56,593 nucleotides of DNA, taken from the NCBI GenBank assembly GCA_964637155.1, contig CAZWWD010000001.1, forward strand, positions 1-56,593. The letters are read 5' to 3'. Shown here in pieces: positions 8,765-17,852 of this stretch. The notes under the pieces are model-generated. The model was given only the letters and a program-made list of their open reading frames with translations, was not told the DNA's origin and searched no databases. Position 1 is the first letter of the stretch; every line of letters starts with the position of its first letter. A program made the translations under genes and the position numbers. This DNA is from an uncultured Candidatus Bathyarchaeia archaeon. GTDB taxonomy: Archaea > Thermoproteota > Bathyarchaeia > Bathyarchaeales > DTEX01.

Positions 8765-9785
8765 ATGACTCTTTCAAAAGAGAGTGATGCGCTCCTAAGG
8801 CTCTTAAGAGGCGAACGAGTCTATAAGCCCCCCTTCTGAGAGCCATGGTTCGATATGCCTAAGTTCATTCAAAGGCGTTACGGCGATCCAGAGAAGATAG
8901 AAAGCAGGATCAAAATGGCCCGCGATTTAGGGATGGCGGCAATAAGTGTCTCACCAAACTTTGGGTTCGTCGACATAAATCTAGGTGAATTTCGAAGGGA
9001 TGAAGTGACTAGCACTGGTTCAAGCCGCTACGCCGGAGGCTCTTTAACAAGCCTTAAGCAGCTTGAGGAGCGGGAGCTGCCAGATTGGAGCGAACTTATC
9101 CAGCGGTGGAAGCATAATCAAAAATTGATTAGGGAAGCTAGATTAATTTCGTGGGCTACTCTCCCATGGTGTTTTCATGCAATCGCAACGGCGATGGGGC
9201 ATAAAAGCTTCTTCATTAAAATTTACAGGGACCTCGGGTTTATTGAAGCTACATTCGATTGGGTTGAGGAGAGAAACCGGCTGGCGATAAAAACCGTGAT
9301 TAAGGAGATTAGGCCGGATTTTGTGTTATTTGATGGGGACTGCGCCTATAAGGCTGGTTTAATGGTTAATCCCAAGGTTTTCCGCCGCTTAGTTTATGAG
9401 AGAACCAGGAAACCGTTTCCCATCTTAGGCATCTGGGAATCCCCTACGTCTTCCATACGGATGGGAAGCTGGATGACGTAATCCCCCTCCTCGTGGAATT
9501 AGGTTTCTCATTGGTTCATGGATGCGAAAAAACGCTAATGACCTCAAATATCTTGTGGACCGATTCGGCGATGACATAGTTTTATCGGGAAATATGGATG
9601 TAGTTTTCCTTACGAAGGCAACGCCGGAGGAGATTCGGCGGGAAACCGAGGAAATGCTTAAGGTAGGCAGTGCGAAGGGAAAATTTGTCGCCGCATGCAA
9701 CACAAGCCCCCAAGACTACATACCTGAGGAAAATTATCTAGCAATGGTGGAAACCATAAAAAATTTCAATCCAATTAAAAGGTAA
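8765..9785 (+). pseudogene. Disrupted UroD/MtaA-fold (uroporphyrinogen decarboxylase family) gene: one in-frame TGA and two frameshifts
   Basis: GGAGGT 7 nt before ATG 8765. MTLSKESDALLRLLRGERVYKPPF then TGA (8837-8839), continuing in frame into ORF 8855..9481. Frame change near 9413-9421 gives HLRHLGIPYVFHTDGKLDDVIPLLVELGFSLVHGCEK. Second change in the A6 run 9527-9532 leads into ORF 9522..9785. The reconstruction aligns with the paralogue at 9803. Confidence 0.75.
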
Positions 9786-9802
9786 ATTTAGGAGATTGAA
9801 TT

Positions 9803-10861
9803 ATGGGTTATGAGAGAGCTCTTTCCGCACTATACTTGGAAGAGAGTAGGAGAGTTGCGCAAGTAGAGTTTCTAGGTCACACAAAATTTATAGCCAAGGT
9901 TTCCGGGTTAAACCCGATTGAGCAGCCTGAGAAGGCCCTCAGCAAAACCCTCGCTAAACTAGACATCGACATGATATGGTTCACATACACCCCCCTAGAG
10001 GATTTCATCAGAAAAAAGTATGAGGGTATTGAGGCGAGAAAGGATTCGTGGTCACAGGCCTACCCGACGGAATGGAGAAAACCATTCAAAATCAAGTCCG
10101 TTGAAGAAGTCTTAGATTTCGACCCATTTAGCGAGTGGGATATACCAAGCCTAGAGGATCTCAGGGAGGATCTCGAGAGCACCCATAGTAGAACCCAAGC
10201 AATCTATAAGAGTCAGCTGGTTCCAGGAGGCACCTACCACACTTGCCTGATGTGGCTTATTAAAATGTTCGGCCTCGAATGGACCGTTAAAGCAGCCTAC
10301 CTTGATCCAAAAGGCTTCGAAAAGCTCCTAGAGAGATTCGGCAACCTATCTCTGCTTGAAGCCAAAGCATGGTCCCAGACAAGCATAAAGGCCTTCATAA
10401 GCCACGATGATATATGCTCAACCCGCGGACCATTTTTCCCCCTAAAATGGATGCGTAGATACCTGTTTCCCTGGTATAATCGAATATGGCGGGAGCTCAG
10501 GTCAAAGGGTATAATAGTTCTATTCTGCACGGACGGTGACATGACTCCCATAGTGGATGACATAGCTAAGGCGGGGGCAGACGGCTTCATAATTGAGGAA
10601 TGCTCAGACCTCAACTACATAGCCGAAAAATATGGTAATGAAAAGGTAATAGTGGGCGGTGTGGACATAGGAACATTAACGTACGGCACAAAAGAAGATG
10701 TTATCAACGAGGTTAAAAGATGCCTGAAAACAGCCGGCCCATATCCAGGCTACTTCATAAATATTTCAGGTTCAGTGCCAGATAACGTGCCCCTGGAAAA
10801 CCTTGAAGTCTACTTTAAAGCCGTCAAAAAGTATGGATTGCGGCCCCTAAGGATCGTTTAA
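9803..10861 (+). CDS. UroD/MtaA-fold (uroporphyrinogen decarboxylase family) protein, intact paralogue
   Basis: 352 aa. C-terminal half (IIVLFCTDGDMTPIVDDIAKAGADGFIIEE...VIVGGVDI...YFINISGSVPDNVP) follows the URO-D/methylcobamide methyltransferase TIM-barrel pattern. Confidence 0.7.
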   Translation: MGYERALSALYLEESRRVAQVEFLGHTKFIAKVSGLNPIEQPEKALSKTLAKLDIDMIWFTYTPLEDFIRKKYEGIEARKDSWSQAYPTEWRKPFKIKSVEEVLDFDPFSEWDIPSLEDLREDLESTHSRTQAIYKSQLVPGGTYHTCLMWLIKMFGLEWTVKAAYLDPKGFEKLLERFGNLSLLEAKAWSQTSIKAFISHDDICSTRGPFFPLKWMRRYLFPWYNRIWRELRSKGIIVLFCTDGDMTPIVDDIAKAGADGFIIEECSDLNYIAEKYGNEKVIVGGVDIGTLTYGTKEDVINEVKRCLKTAGPYPGYFINISGSVPDNVPLENLEVYFKAVKKYGLRPLRIV

Positions 10862-11233
10862 CGCGGGGGTTCAGCAGCCTCCTCAATGCAAACTCCATTA
10901 TAAATGGTTAGGAGATTGGAGCATCACTTCCCTAATGTCTATTAGCTGAACTGATGAGGGAGCCAGAGCCCCGTCATAGCGTCTTCCGCCGCTTGGATAA
11001 AAAATATCAGACGCCGATTGAGAGTTTCGGCTCCAAGCGGAAACCCTTAAGATGCTTAAGCATCTCCTCCTTGCTTCCTCTTATTTTCTGGTCACGTAAA
11101 TCTATTAAACCCATAAAACAATCGCCAGCAATTTAGGTTAAAACTCAGGAATCATATAAAACTAATCGGCTGAGACGTTATACTTTTATATTTGCCTTGC
11201 CACTTTTTCTTGAGTTAGATGGTGAATTAAAAG

Positions 11234-11422
11234 TTGGGGCTAATATCATTCATTAGATCAAGCTTAAGACTGCTTAAATTCGCCAAGAAACCAGGTAGAG
11301 ATGAGCTGTGGCTCTCTATAAAAATATGCTTCCTAGGTGTACTCATAATCGGCCTAATAGGTTTCATAATATACATGCTTGCAGGCTTTATTAGATCCGC
11401 AATACCGCTGCCCGGTGCGTGA
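11234..11422 (+). CDS. secE: Protein translocase subunit SecE / Sec61-gamma
   Basis: 62 aa. KKPGRDEL followed by a single TM helix (LGVLIIGLIGFIIYMLAGFI). Classical position upstream of spt5-L11. Confidence 0.85.
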   Translation: MGLISFIRSSLRLLKFAKKPGRDELWLSIKICFLGVLIIGLIGFIIYMLAGFIRSAIPLPGA

Positions 11423-11895
11423 AAGAGTTGGGTGAGGAAAAATCTGCGAGAATTTTCACGATAAGCACAACGGTCGGTCAGGAAAAGAATGTCGCTAAAA
11501 TCATAATGGGGCATGTTGAAGTGAATAAAATCCCAATAAAAGCAATACTTGTTACAGAAAACTTGAAAGGCTACATATTTATTGAGGCTGATGGACCCCA
11601 TGTGGTTGAGCGCGCCGTCGCAAACATAAAGCATGTTAAGTCGAGGATACCCGGCACCCTAACATTTTCAGACATCGAAAAGTATATCTCAGTAAAACCT
11701 GTAGTTGAAGAATTAGACATAAATGATATTGTAGAGGTGATTAGCGGGCCATTCAGGGGGATGCGGGCTAGAGTAACCGACATAGATAGGGCCAAAGAGG
11801 AGATAACAATAGAGCTGCTTGAAGCATCATTCACTCTCCCAGTCACAGTTCACGCCGACTACGTAAAATTAGTGTCAAAGAGGAAGGAGGAGTGA
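11419..11895 (+). CDS. spt5: Transcription elongation factor Spt5 (NusG homologue)
   Basis: NGN domain plus KOW ([17 protein letters not shown]). Start overlaps the secE stop (GTGA). 158 aa. Confidence 0.9.
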   Translation: MKELGEEKSARIFTISTTVGQEKNVAKIIMGHVEVNKIPIKAILVTENLKGYIFIEADGPHVVERAVANIKHVKSRIPGTLTFSDIEKYISVKPVVEELDINDIVEVISGPFRGMRARVTDIDRAKEEITIELLEASFTLPVTVHADYVKLVSKRKEE

Positions 11896-11902
11896 TTGTT
11901 CT

Positions 11903-12409
11903 ATGCCGGCTGAGAAAAAAGTTGTAGATTTGGTTGTCAGCGGTGGACACGCAACGGCTGGACCGCCGATAGGTCCAGCTTTAGGTCCATTAGGAGTGAA
12001 TGTTGTCGCCGTTGTAAATAAGATTAATGAGCTAACCAAAGAGTACGCTGGAATGAAGGTTCCGGTTAAGGTAATAGTTGATCCGGAGACAAAAACCTTT
12101 GAGATCTCCGTTGGCATACCGACAACGGCGGCTTTAATTGTTAAGGAGGCTGGAATAGAGAAGGGCTCCGGTAAACCCAACACTGAGAAGGTCGGCAACC
12201 TTTCAATGGCGCAGGTTATAAAGATTGCTCAAATAAAGAGAAGCAAGCTGCTTGCAAAGAGCTTGAAGGCTGCTGTTAAAGAGATTATTGGCACCTGCGT
12301 GAGCATGGGCGTTGAGGTTGAAGGCAAAGATCCGAAGGTTGTTCTAAGGGAAATAGACGAGGGAAAATATGACAGCTTGATCGAAAACGCCGAGCAAACC
12401 AAACAATAA
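11903..12409 (+). CDS. rpl11: Ribosomal protein uL11
   Basis: [20 protein letters not shown] motif. 168 aa. Confidence 0.95.
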   Translation: MPAEKKVVDLVVSGGHATAGPPIGPALGPLGVNVVAVVNKINELTKEYAGMKVPVKVIVDPETKTFEISVGIPTTAALIVKEAGIEKGSGKPNTEKVGNLSMAQVIKIAQIKRSKLLAKSLKAAVKEIIGTCVSMGVEVEGKDPKVVLREIDEGKYDSLIENAEQTKQ

Positions 12410-12463
12410 CATTTTTATTTTAATTGTTCGTATTCTTTTCATCTCTGAGGCTGAGTTTGAAAA

Positions 12464-13123
12464 ATGCCCGTGGGAAGAAAATATCTGATGAAAGCTCTGA
12501 AAGAGCTTAGGGAGAAAACTCCCAAAAGAAACTTTAACCAGTCAATAGAATTGATCATAAATCTCCGAGATATAGATGTAAGTAAACCTGAAAACAGGAT
12601 AAGGGAACTCATCGAGCTCCCCCATCCAATAGGGAAAAAAGTTAAGGTATGCGTCTTCGCCTCCGGGGACGCTGCCCTAAGGGCTAGAAGAGCGGGGGCG
12701 GACATGGTTTTAGAGAGAGAGGAGATTGAAAGCCTAATGAATGATAAAAAAAGGCAGAGGCAGATCGCCAAGCAGATCGACTCTTTTATTGCAATCGCCC
12801 CCCTCATGCCCCTCGTCGGCAGAGTTTTCGGCGCTATTCTAGGTCCGAGAGGTAAAATGCCCACTCCAATACCGCCGACAGCCGACATGGAGCGGGAGAT
12901 CGAAAGGCATAGAAGACTCGTTATGGTTAGAACGCGCGGCCAGCCGGTTTTAAGCTGCCGCGTCGGCACAGAAGACATGAGCGATGAGGATATAATTGAC
13001 AATATTGAGGCGGTTATAGGGAGAATTGAGGGAAGACTCAGCAGAGGAATAAAAAACATAGATTCAATCTATATTAAGGCTTCCATGGGCCCGCCGATAA
13101 AAGTTGAAGTTAAGGAGGATTAA
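12464..13123 (+). CDS. rpl1: Ribosomal protein uL1
   Basis: FNQSIELIINLRDID...GPRGKMPTP pattern. 219 aa. Position after L11. Confidence 0.95.
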   Translation: MPVGRKYLMKALKELREKTPKRNFNQSIELIINLRDIDVSKPENRIRELIELPHPIGKKVKVCVFASGDAALRARRAGADMVLEREEIESLMNDKKRQRQIAKQIDSFIAIAPLMPLVGRVFGAILGPRGKMPTPIPPTADMEREIERHRRLVMVRTRGQPVLSCRVGTEDMSDEDIIDNIEAVIGRIEGRLSRGIKNIDSIYIKASMGPPIKVEVKED

Positions 13124-13126
13124 AAT

Positions 13127-13996
13127 TTGCTGGTTCAAACCCGACGAACATTGCTTGAGAAATCCGAGAAGGTTAAGGAAATAAAAAACTTACTGATGAA
13201 ATACCGTGCCCTAGGAATTGCAAGTCTACATAAGGTTAGAGCCCAGCAGCTACAGGAAATAAGAAGAAAGCTGGAGAACGTAGCTTACCTAAAAGTTTAT
13301 AAGAATACGTTAGTTGAGCGCGCTCTTAGGGAGTTAAAGGATAAACCGAACCTAGAAAAGCTTAAAGAGCACATGCAAGGCTCAAACCTATACATCTTCA
13401 CAAATCACAACCCCTTCAAGCTTGCCCTGCTTCTTGAAAAGAGTAAAGTTAAGGCGCCGGCTAGAGCCGGTGACGTAGCAACCGAAGACATTGTTGTCCC
13501 AGCCGGTAACACGGGGCTGCCGCCCGGGCCGGTAATCAGCCAGCTTAACGCCGTTGGCATACCGACGCGTATTGAGGGTGGAAGCGTTTGGGTTAGTAAA
13601 GACACGGTTGTAGCGAAGAAGGGTGAAGTTATAAATGAGAGTCTCGCGGCGGCCCTATCGAAGTTAGGTCTTAAGCCGATAGAGCTCGGCCTATCGCTTA
13701 AAGCGGTATATGATGACGGCGTTGTTCTCTCCGAGGAAGATCTGAAAATAGACCTTGATGAATATAGGCGGAGCATTGGGGAAGCCTACGCCCAATCTCT
13801 AAATCTAGCCATAAACTCCGCCTACCTAACATCTGAAACCGTTGTGCCGATAATACAGAAAGCCGTGTTCGAGGCTAGAAACCTAGCTTTGAATGCGGAG
13901 GTGTTCCTGCCGGAGGTGCTGCCTGACCTCCTAATGAAGGCTCATCTCGAAGCCCTAGCCTTAGACGCAAAAATTCAGGAAAAAACAAGCAAGTAA
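13127..13996 (+). CDS. rplP0: Ribosomal stalk protein uL10 / P0 (short form without acidic C-terminal tail)
   Basis: 289 aa. N-terminal L10 domain, then three repeated amphipathic helices (AYAQSLNLAINSA, KAVFEARNLALNA, KAHLEALALDAKI). Ends ...IQEKTSK. TTG start. Confidence 0.88.
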   Translation: MLVQTRRTLLEKSEKVKEIKNLLMKYRALGIASLHKVRAQQLQEIRRKLENVAYLKVYKNTLVERALRELKDKPNLEKLKEHMQGSNLYIFTNHNPFKLALLLEKSKVKAPARAGDVATEDIVVPAGNTGLPPGPVISQLNAVGIPTRIEGGSVWVSKDTVVAKKGEVINESLAAALSKLGLKPIELGLSLKAVYDDGVVLSEEDLKIDLDEYRRSIGEAYAQSLNLAINSAYLTSETVVPIIQKAVFEARNLALNAEVFLPEVLPDLLMKAHLEALALDAKIQEKTSK

Positions 13997-14017
13997 ATAG
14001 AGAAATAATGAATAAGA

Positions 14018-14845
14018 TCAGACTTTTTCTATTTCTAGGCCTACGTTATCCAGAATCCTAAGCAAAGGTTTTTTATCGGCTCCCCTTATGCCCTTCCAAT
14101 CGAGAATAACTCTCTCAACCTGCTCAACGGTTCTTTCTAAGCATTGTCTAAGCATGTATTCATCCAATTCGTGTATAGCATATTTCGGAATCATGTGTCC
14201 GAAAGCGAGCTCCTCCGACAGAGCCATGCGCGTGAACTTCCGGTTGTAATGTTGTCCACCTATCCCTAAAACCGTTGGATAGACTCTACTGTTTTCGGCT
14301 GCAGCCATAGCTCCCCTCGCAACAACCTCAGCAGCCCTCTCATCCCGCCACTGCTTTGGGGAGCTACCCAACTCAACAAACATTGCCGGTATGTCAAGCG
14401 ACGGGCCGTGATGAGTACCCTCATAGGAAACCTCATAGGGGAGATCCATGTCTTCCTGGTATTTCTTCATTTCAACCAATGCTGCTTTCATCGCGCTTGC
14501 CGGCGATATCGACACTTTTCTCGGCTCTCCCCCAAGAGCCGCCTCACCAATATTTCCAGGCGTGTGAACCGATAGGGTTGGTTTCCCGCTTTTGCTGCTA
14601 TGCCTAGATATGAAAATTATCATCCTCAGATTCTTCGGGTAAGGTAGATCCTGCACGTCAACCGGCTCCCTATCCACAAAAACCAGCCTAGCCTCCTCAG
14701 AACCCTTAAGTTTTATCGAGTAAGCTTTGTTTCCGAAAATTTTCTCGTTGGTTTCTTTAAATCCGAATGTTTCAATAAGCCTATTAGCTATGTTCAATCC
14801 AGCTTCATCAACTTTAGACGCTATGAAAAATATCATGTTAATCAC
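14018..14845 (-). CDS. dtdA: D-aminoacyl-tRNA deacylase, archaeal DTD2 type
   Basis: 275 aa. FIASKVDEAGLNIA N-terminus, SRHSSKSGKPTLSVHTPGN and YEGTHHGPS motifs characteristic of DTD2. Confidence 0.8.
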   Translation of the reverse strand: MINMIFFIASKVDEAGLNIANRLIETFGFKETNEKIFGNKAYSIKLKGSEEARLVFVDREPVDVQDLPYPKNLRMIIFISRHSSKSGKPTLSVHTPGNIGEAALGGEPRKVSISPASAMKAALVEMKKYQEDMDLPYEVSYEGTHHGPSLDIPAMFVELGSSPKQWRDERAAEVVARGAMAAAENSRVYPTVLGIGGQHYNRKFTRMALSEELAFGHMIPKYAIHELDEYMLRQCLERTVEQVERVILDWKGIRGADKKPLLRILDNVGLEIEKV

Positions 14846-14904
14846 CGAACAATGCAGATAAAAATTGAGTGTATAATTAATTTTTATGGTATCTACCGGT
14901 CAAT

Positions 14905-15138
14905 TTATGCTTCAACCAGGGTTTCTGTGCTTCTTACGCCGCTTATGCTATTTATCACGGTTGTTGCCTTCCGGAGGCTGGTGTAATCCTCTGCCTCTAG
15001 AAAAACAACTATGTCGAATCTGCCATAGGTGAAGTACGCTTTCCTGACGCCTTCAACCTTCATTACGGATTCCAGAACATTCTCAGCTTTGGTTGGAACA
15101 ACCTTTAACAATATGCATGCATTCAACATTTCTCTCAC
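14905..15138 (-). CDS. Stand-alone Lrp/AsnC ligand-binding (RAM) domain protein
   Basis: 77 aa beta-alpha-beta-beta-alpha-beta pattern (CILLKV...VEGVRKAYFTYGRFDIVVFLEA...TETLV). No HTH domain. Confidence 0.7.
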   Translation of the reverse strand: MREMLNACILLKVVPTKAENVLESVMKVEGVRKAYFTYGRFDIVVFLEAEDYTSLRKATTVINSISGVRSTETLVEA

Positions 15139-15146
15139 CCCTTTTT

Positions 15147-15377
15147 TCAGCGTTCTACCTCCACAAGTGTTTCTGTAAAGACCACCCCGCTCATTCTCCC
15201 CATCCTAAGAACTATTGAGCCTAGCTCCTTCATGTCTGCAGCCTCCACCTCAGCCACTACGTCGTATCTGCCTAAAACTGGGAAAACCTTTTTTACGCCC
15301 TTTATCTGGCCGATGGCTTTGACTACGTCTTCGAATCTACCGTGCTCGGTTCTTATCAGAACGCATGCGGAGACCAA
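15147..15377 (-). CDS. Stand-alone Lrp/AsnC ligand-binding (RAM) domain protein
   Basis: 76 aa paralogue of the downstream gene (CVLIRT...IKGVKKVFPVLGRYDVVAEVEA...TETLV). Confidence 0.7.
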   Translation of the reverse strand: MVSACVLIRTEHGRFEDVVKAIGQIKGVKKVFPVLGRYDVVAEVEAADMKELGSIVLRMGRMSGVVFTETLVEVER

Positions 15378-15507
15378 AATTATCCCTCACACAGTAATAT
15401 AGTCTGATAAGGTGGCTAAATAATTTTTTGGCGAAATTGCAAAGCGATATATTTAAATAAAATGTGCGTTTTCCATCTTATTTGCTAAGAACCCGAGGAT
15501 TAGCGGT

Positions 15508-15957
15508 ATGTCAGCTGAATTCAGACATATAGTCCGTGTGGTGGACAAGGATATAGATGGAACCAAAACGGTAGCGGAGGCTCTAAGAGGAGTTAAAGGT
15601 ATAGGTTTAAGGTTAGCCGATATAATAGCCAAGAAAGCCGGGGTCTCACCTGAAATGAGAATAGGCTTCCTCTCGGAGGAAAAGATTGAGGAAATCGAGA
15701 AAGTTATTGAGAATCCATCTCAGTATGGTATCCCAAGCTGGCTTTTCAACCGCCGAAAGGATCTGGAAACAGGAGAAGACAAGCACTTAATTTCCTCGGA
15801 GATTGACCTGCAAGTTAAAGCTGACATAGAGAGGGAGAAGAGTATCTGGTCTTGGCGCGGTTACCGTCACGCTTACGGGCTTAAGGTTCGCGGCCAAAGA
15901 ACCCGAACAACCGGTAGGACAGGTAAAACTGTAGGTGTATCCAGAAGGAGGCGGTAG
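15508..15957 (+). CDS. rps13: Ribosomal protein uS13
   Basis: [15 protein letters not shown] and C-terminal [16 protein letters not shown] pattern. 149 aa. Confidence 0.95.
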   Translation: MSAEFRHIVRVVDKDIDGTKTVAEALRGVKGIGLRLADIIAKKAGVSPEMRIGFLSEEKIEEIEKVIENPSQYGIPSWLFNRRKDLETGEDKHLISSEIDLQVKADIEREKSIWSWRGYRHAYGLKVRGQRTRTTGRTGKTVGVSRRRR

Positions 15958-15959
15958 AA

Positions 15960-16514
15960 ATGGGTGACCCTAAGAAGCCTAAAAAGAAGTATGAGACGCC
16001 TCGTTTCCCATGGAGAAGCGATATCCTCCAGAATGAGCTGGTTCTGCTTGGACAGTATGGCTTAAGAAATAAGCGTGAGCTGTGGCGCCATAAAACAATG
16101 CTGTCAAAATTCAGAGGCATAGCCAGATCCCTACTAAGTATGCCAGCTGAGAAGAGGGCTAAATTGGAGTCTGAGCTTTTAGGTAAGCTGAAGCGTTTAG
16201 GCATTCTACCCGAAACCGCCGTGCTAGATGATGTTCTGGACATGACTGTTGAGGATATCCTGGAGAGAAGATTACAAACTATTGTTTTTAGGAAGGGTTT
16301 GGCTAAAACACCCTATCAAGCCCGCCAATTAATAACTCACGGGCACATAGCCATTAATGGTAGAAAAGTTTTTTCACCCAGCTATCTTGTCACCAAAGAG
16401 GAGGAAGATAGTATAACCTACGCGCCGACAAGCCCACTTAATAATCCTGAGCATCCATTAAGATTAATCATAGAATCCGAATCCAAAACCAGTGGAGGTG
16501 AGCAGGCAGGATGA
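15960..16514 (+). CDS. rps4: Ribosomal protein uS4
   Basis: [18 protein letters not shown]-terminus. S4 RNA-binding domain [17 protein letters not shown]. 184 aa. Confidence 0.95.
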   Translation: MGDPKKPKKKYETPRFPWRSDILQNELVLLGQYGLRNKRELWRHKTMLSKFRGIARSLLSMPAEKRAKLESELLGKLKRLGILPETAVLDDVLDMTVEDILERRLQTIVFRKGLAKTPYQARQLITHGHIAINGRKVFSPSYLVTKEEEDSITYAPTSPLNNPEHPLRLIIESESKTSGGEQAG

Positions 16515-16912
16515 GTAGCAAAAAAGAAGAGAGGTGGGGAGTAGCCCACATATACAGTTCATACAATAACACAATAGTTCACATAACGGATCTCTCCGGG
16601 GCGGAAACAATCGCACGGGCCTCCGGAGGAATGTTCGTTAAGGCCGATAGGCAGGAGCCCTCACCCTACGCGGCGATGCGGGCTGCATCATACGCGGCGA
16701 GCATAGCTAAAGACAAAGGCATAACAGCCATACATATTAAGGTTCGCGCGCCAGGCGGCTCAGGTCCAAGAACACCTGGCCCGGGAGCCCAGGCGGCTAT
16801 AAGGGCTCTCGCTAGGGCAGGTTTTAAGATGATTGGCCGCATAGAGGAGGTTACACCTATACCGCATGATGGCACTAGACGCAAGGGTGGGCGTAGAGGT
16901 AGAAGAGTCTAA
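16511..16912 (+). CDS. rps11: Ribosomal protein uS11
   Basis: [19 protein letters not shown]...[15 protein letters not shown]. 133 aa. Overlaps the S4 stop. Confidence 0.95.
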   Translation: MSSKKEERWGVAHIYSSYNNTIVHITDLSGAETIARASGGMFVKADRQEPSPYAAMRAASYAASIAKDKGITAIHIKVRAPGGSGPRTPGPGAQAAIRALARAGFKMIGRIEEVTPIPHDGTRRKGGRRGRRV

Positions 16913-17021
16913 TTTAACCTCCAATATTTTACTCTTGAGAAAGATTGAAATAGAGCTCTCCGCTCTTTATGTAGAAAATATGTTTCCCCTTTAATCCTGC
17001 ATAGAAAGAAGAGGTTAAGTT

Positions 17022-17852
17022 ATGCGTGTAACTGTGCTAGAAAAGAATGATTTAACGGCGCGCTTTATAGTTGAGGGTATAAACGCTCCGCTAGCAAACA
17101 CCCTAAGAAGAATAATGCTCTCTGAAGTTCCAACAATGGCGATAGATGACGTCATAATCTACGAAAACTCATCAGTTCTTCATGATGAAATACTTGCCTT
17201 AAGACTTGGATTAATCCCCCTTAAAACGGATTTGGACTCATATAACCTTCCGGAGAAATGTAGCTGTAAGAGTGAGCTCGGATGCCCACTATGTAGGGTT
17301 ATTTTGACGCTTGACGTCAAAGCGGAGGGGGGAACCCGAACCGTATATTCCGGCGACCTAGTGTCTGAAAATCCGAACATAGTTCCCGTAAGCGATAAAA
17401 TTCCAATAGTTAAGCTGGCGAGCGGACAGAGGGTTAGGCTTGAAGCCTACGCTAAATTGGGTAGGGGGAAGGTTCACGCCAAATGGCAGCCGGTTTCAGC
17501 CTGCACATACCGGTATAAGCCAATAGTGCAAATAGATAATTCAAGATGCAATGCATGCGGAAAATGCGTTGAGGTTTGCCCAAAAAGGGTTCTCGCTAAG
17601 GAAGGAGACAAAATAGTGGTTGTGAGAGAAATGGATTGCACCCTATGTAACGATTGCGTTGAAGTCTGCAAGATTGATCCCCCGCCAATAAAAATAAGCT
17701 GGGATGACAGCACCTTCATATTTTACGTTGAATCCACTGGAGCCCTAACAGTTGATCGCATAATATTCGAGGCTCTAAATATTTATGAGGAGAAATACTC
17801 GGAATTTATAAACCTATTTGAGGGATTGATGAATGAGCCGAAAGAAGCTTAA
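17022..17852 (+). CDS. rpoD: DNA-directed RNA polymerase subunit D (Rpo3) with 4Fe-4S-type Cys domain
   Basis: NTLRRIMLSEVPTMAID motif. Inserted CNACGKCVEVCP ... CTLCNDCVEVC ferredoxin-like cluster. 276 aa. Confidence 0.92.
   Translation: MRVTVLEKNDLTARFIVEGINAPLANTLRRIMLSEVPTMAIDDVIIYENSSVLHDEILALRLGLIPLKTDLDSYNLPEKCSCKSELGCPLCRVILTLDVKAEGGTRTVYSGDLVSENPNIVPVSDKIPIVKLASGQRVRLEAYAKLGRGKVHAKWQPVSACTYRYKPIVQIDNSRCNACGKCVEVCPKRVLAKEGDKIVVVREMDCTLCNDCVEVCKIDPPPIKISWDDSTFIFYVESTGALTVDRIIFEALNIYEEKYSEFINLFEGLMNEPKEA

Noticed and set aside
8837-8839. In-frame TGA in the UroD-like gene as selenocysteine or programmed read-through
   Set aside because: The local context (PPF-x-EPWF) is not a redox motif, and TGG (Trp) fits better. 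TGA is used as an ordinary stop by neighbouring genes (for example secE and spt5). The same gene carries two further frame disruptions, so a pseudogene or sequence error is the simpler reading.
8649-8846. 65-aa minus-strand ORF between the Mo-oxidoreductase and the UroD-like gene
   Set aside because: The + strand here carries the SD-preceded true N-terminus of the UroD-like (pseudo)gene, so the minus ORF is a shadow frame.
10948-11010. Possible C/D-box sRNA (CUGAUGAG at about 10949-10956)
   Set aside because: No D' or D box (CUGA) occurs at the required spacing of about 12 nt, and the only downstream candidate is CAGA. There is no terminal stem.
12439-13059. 206-aa ORF on the minus strand opposite the L1 gene, and similar antisense ORFs opposite L11, Spt5 and P0 (11875..12198, 11571..11846, 11227..11634, 13405..13776)
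   Set aside because: All lie inside strongly supported ribosomal or Spt5 genes, have Ser/Leu/Pro-rich shadow-frame composition and show no recognisable domains.
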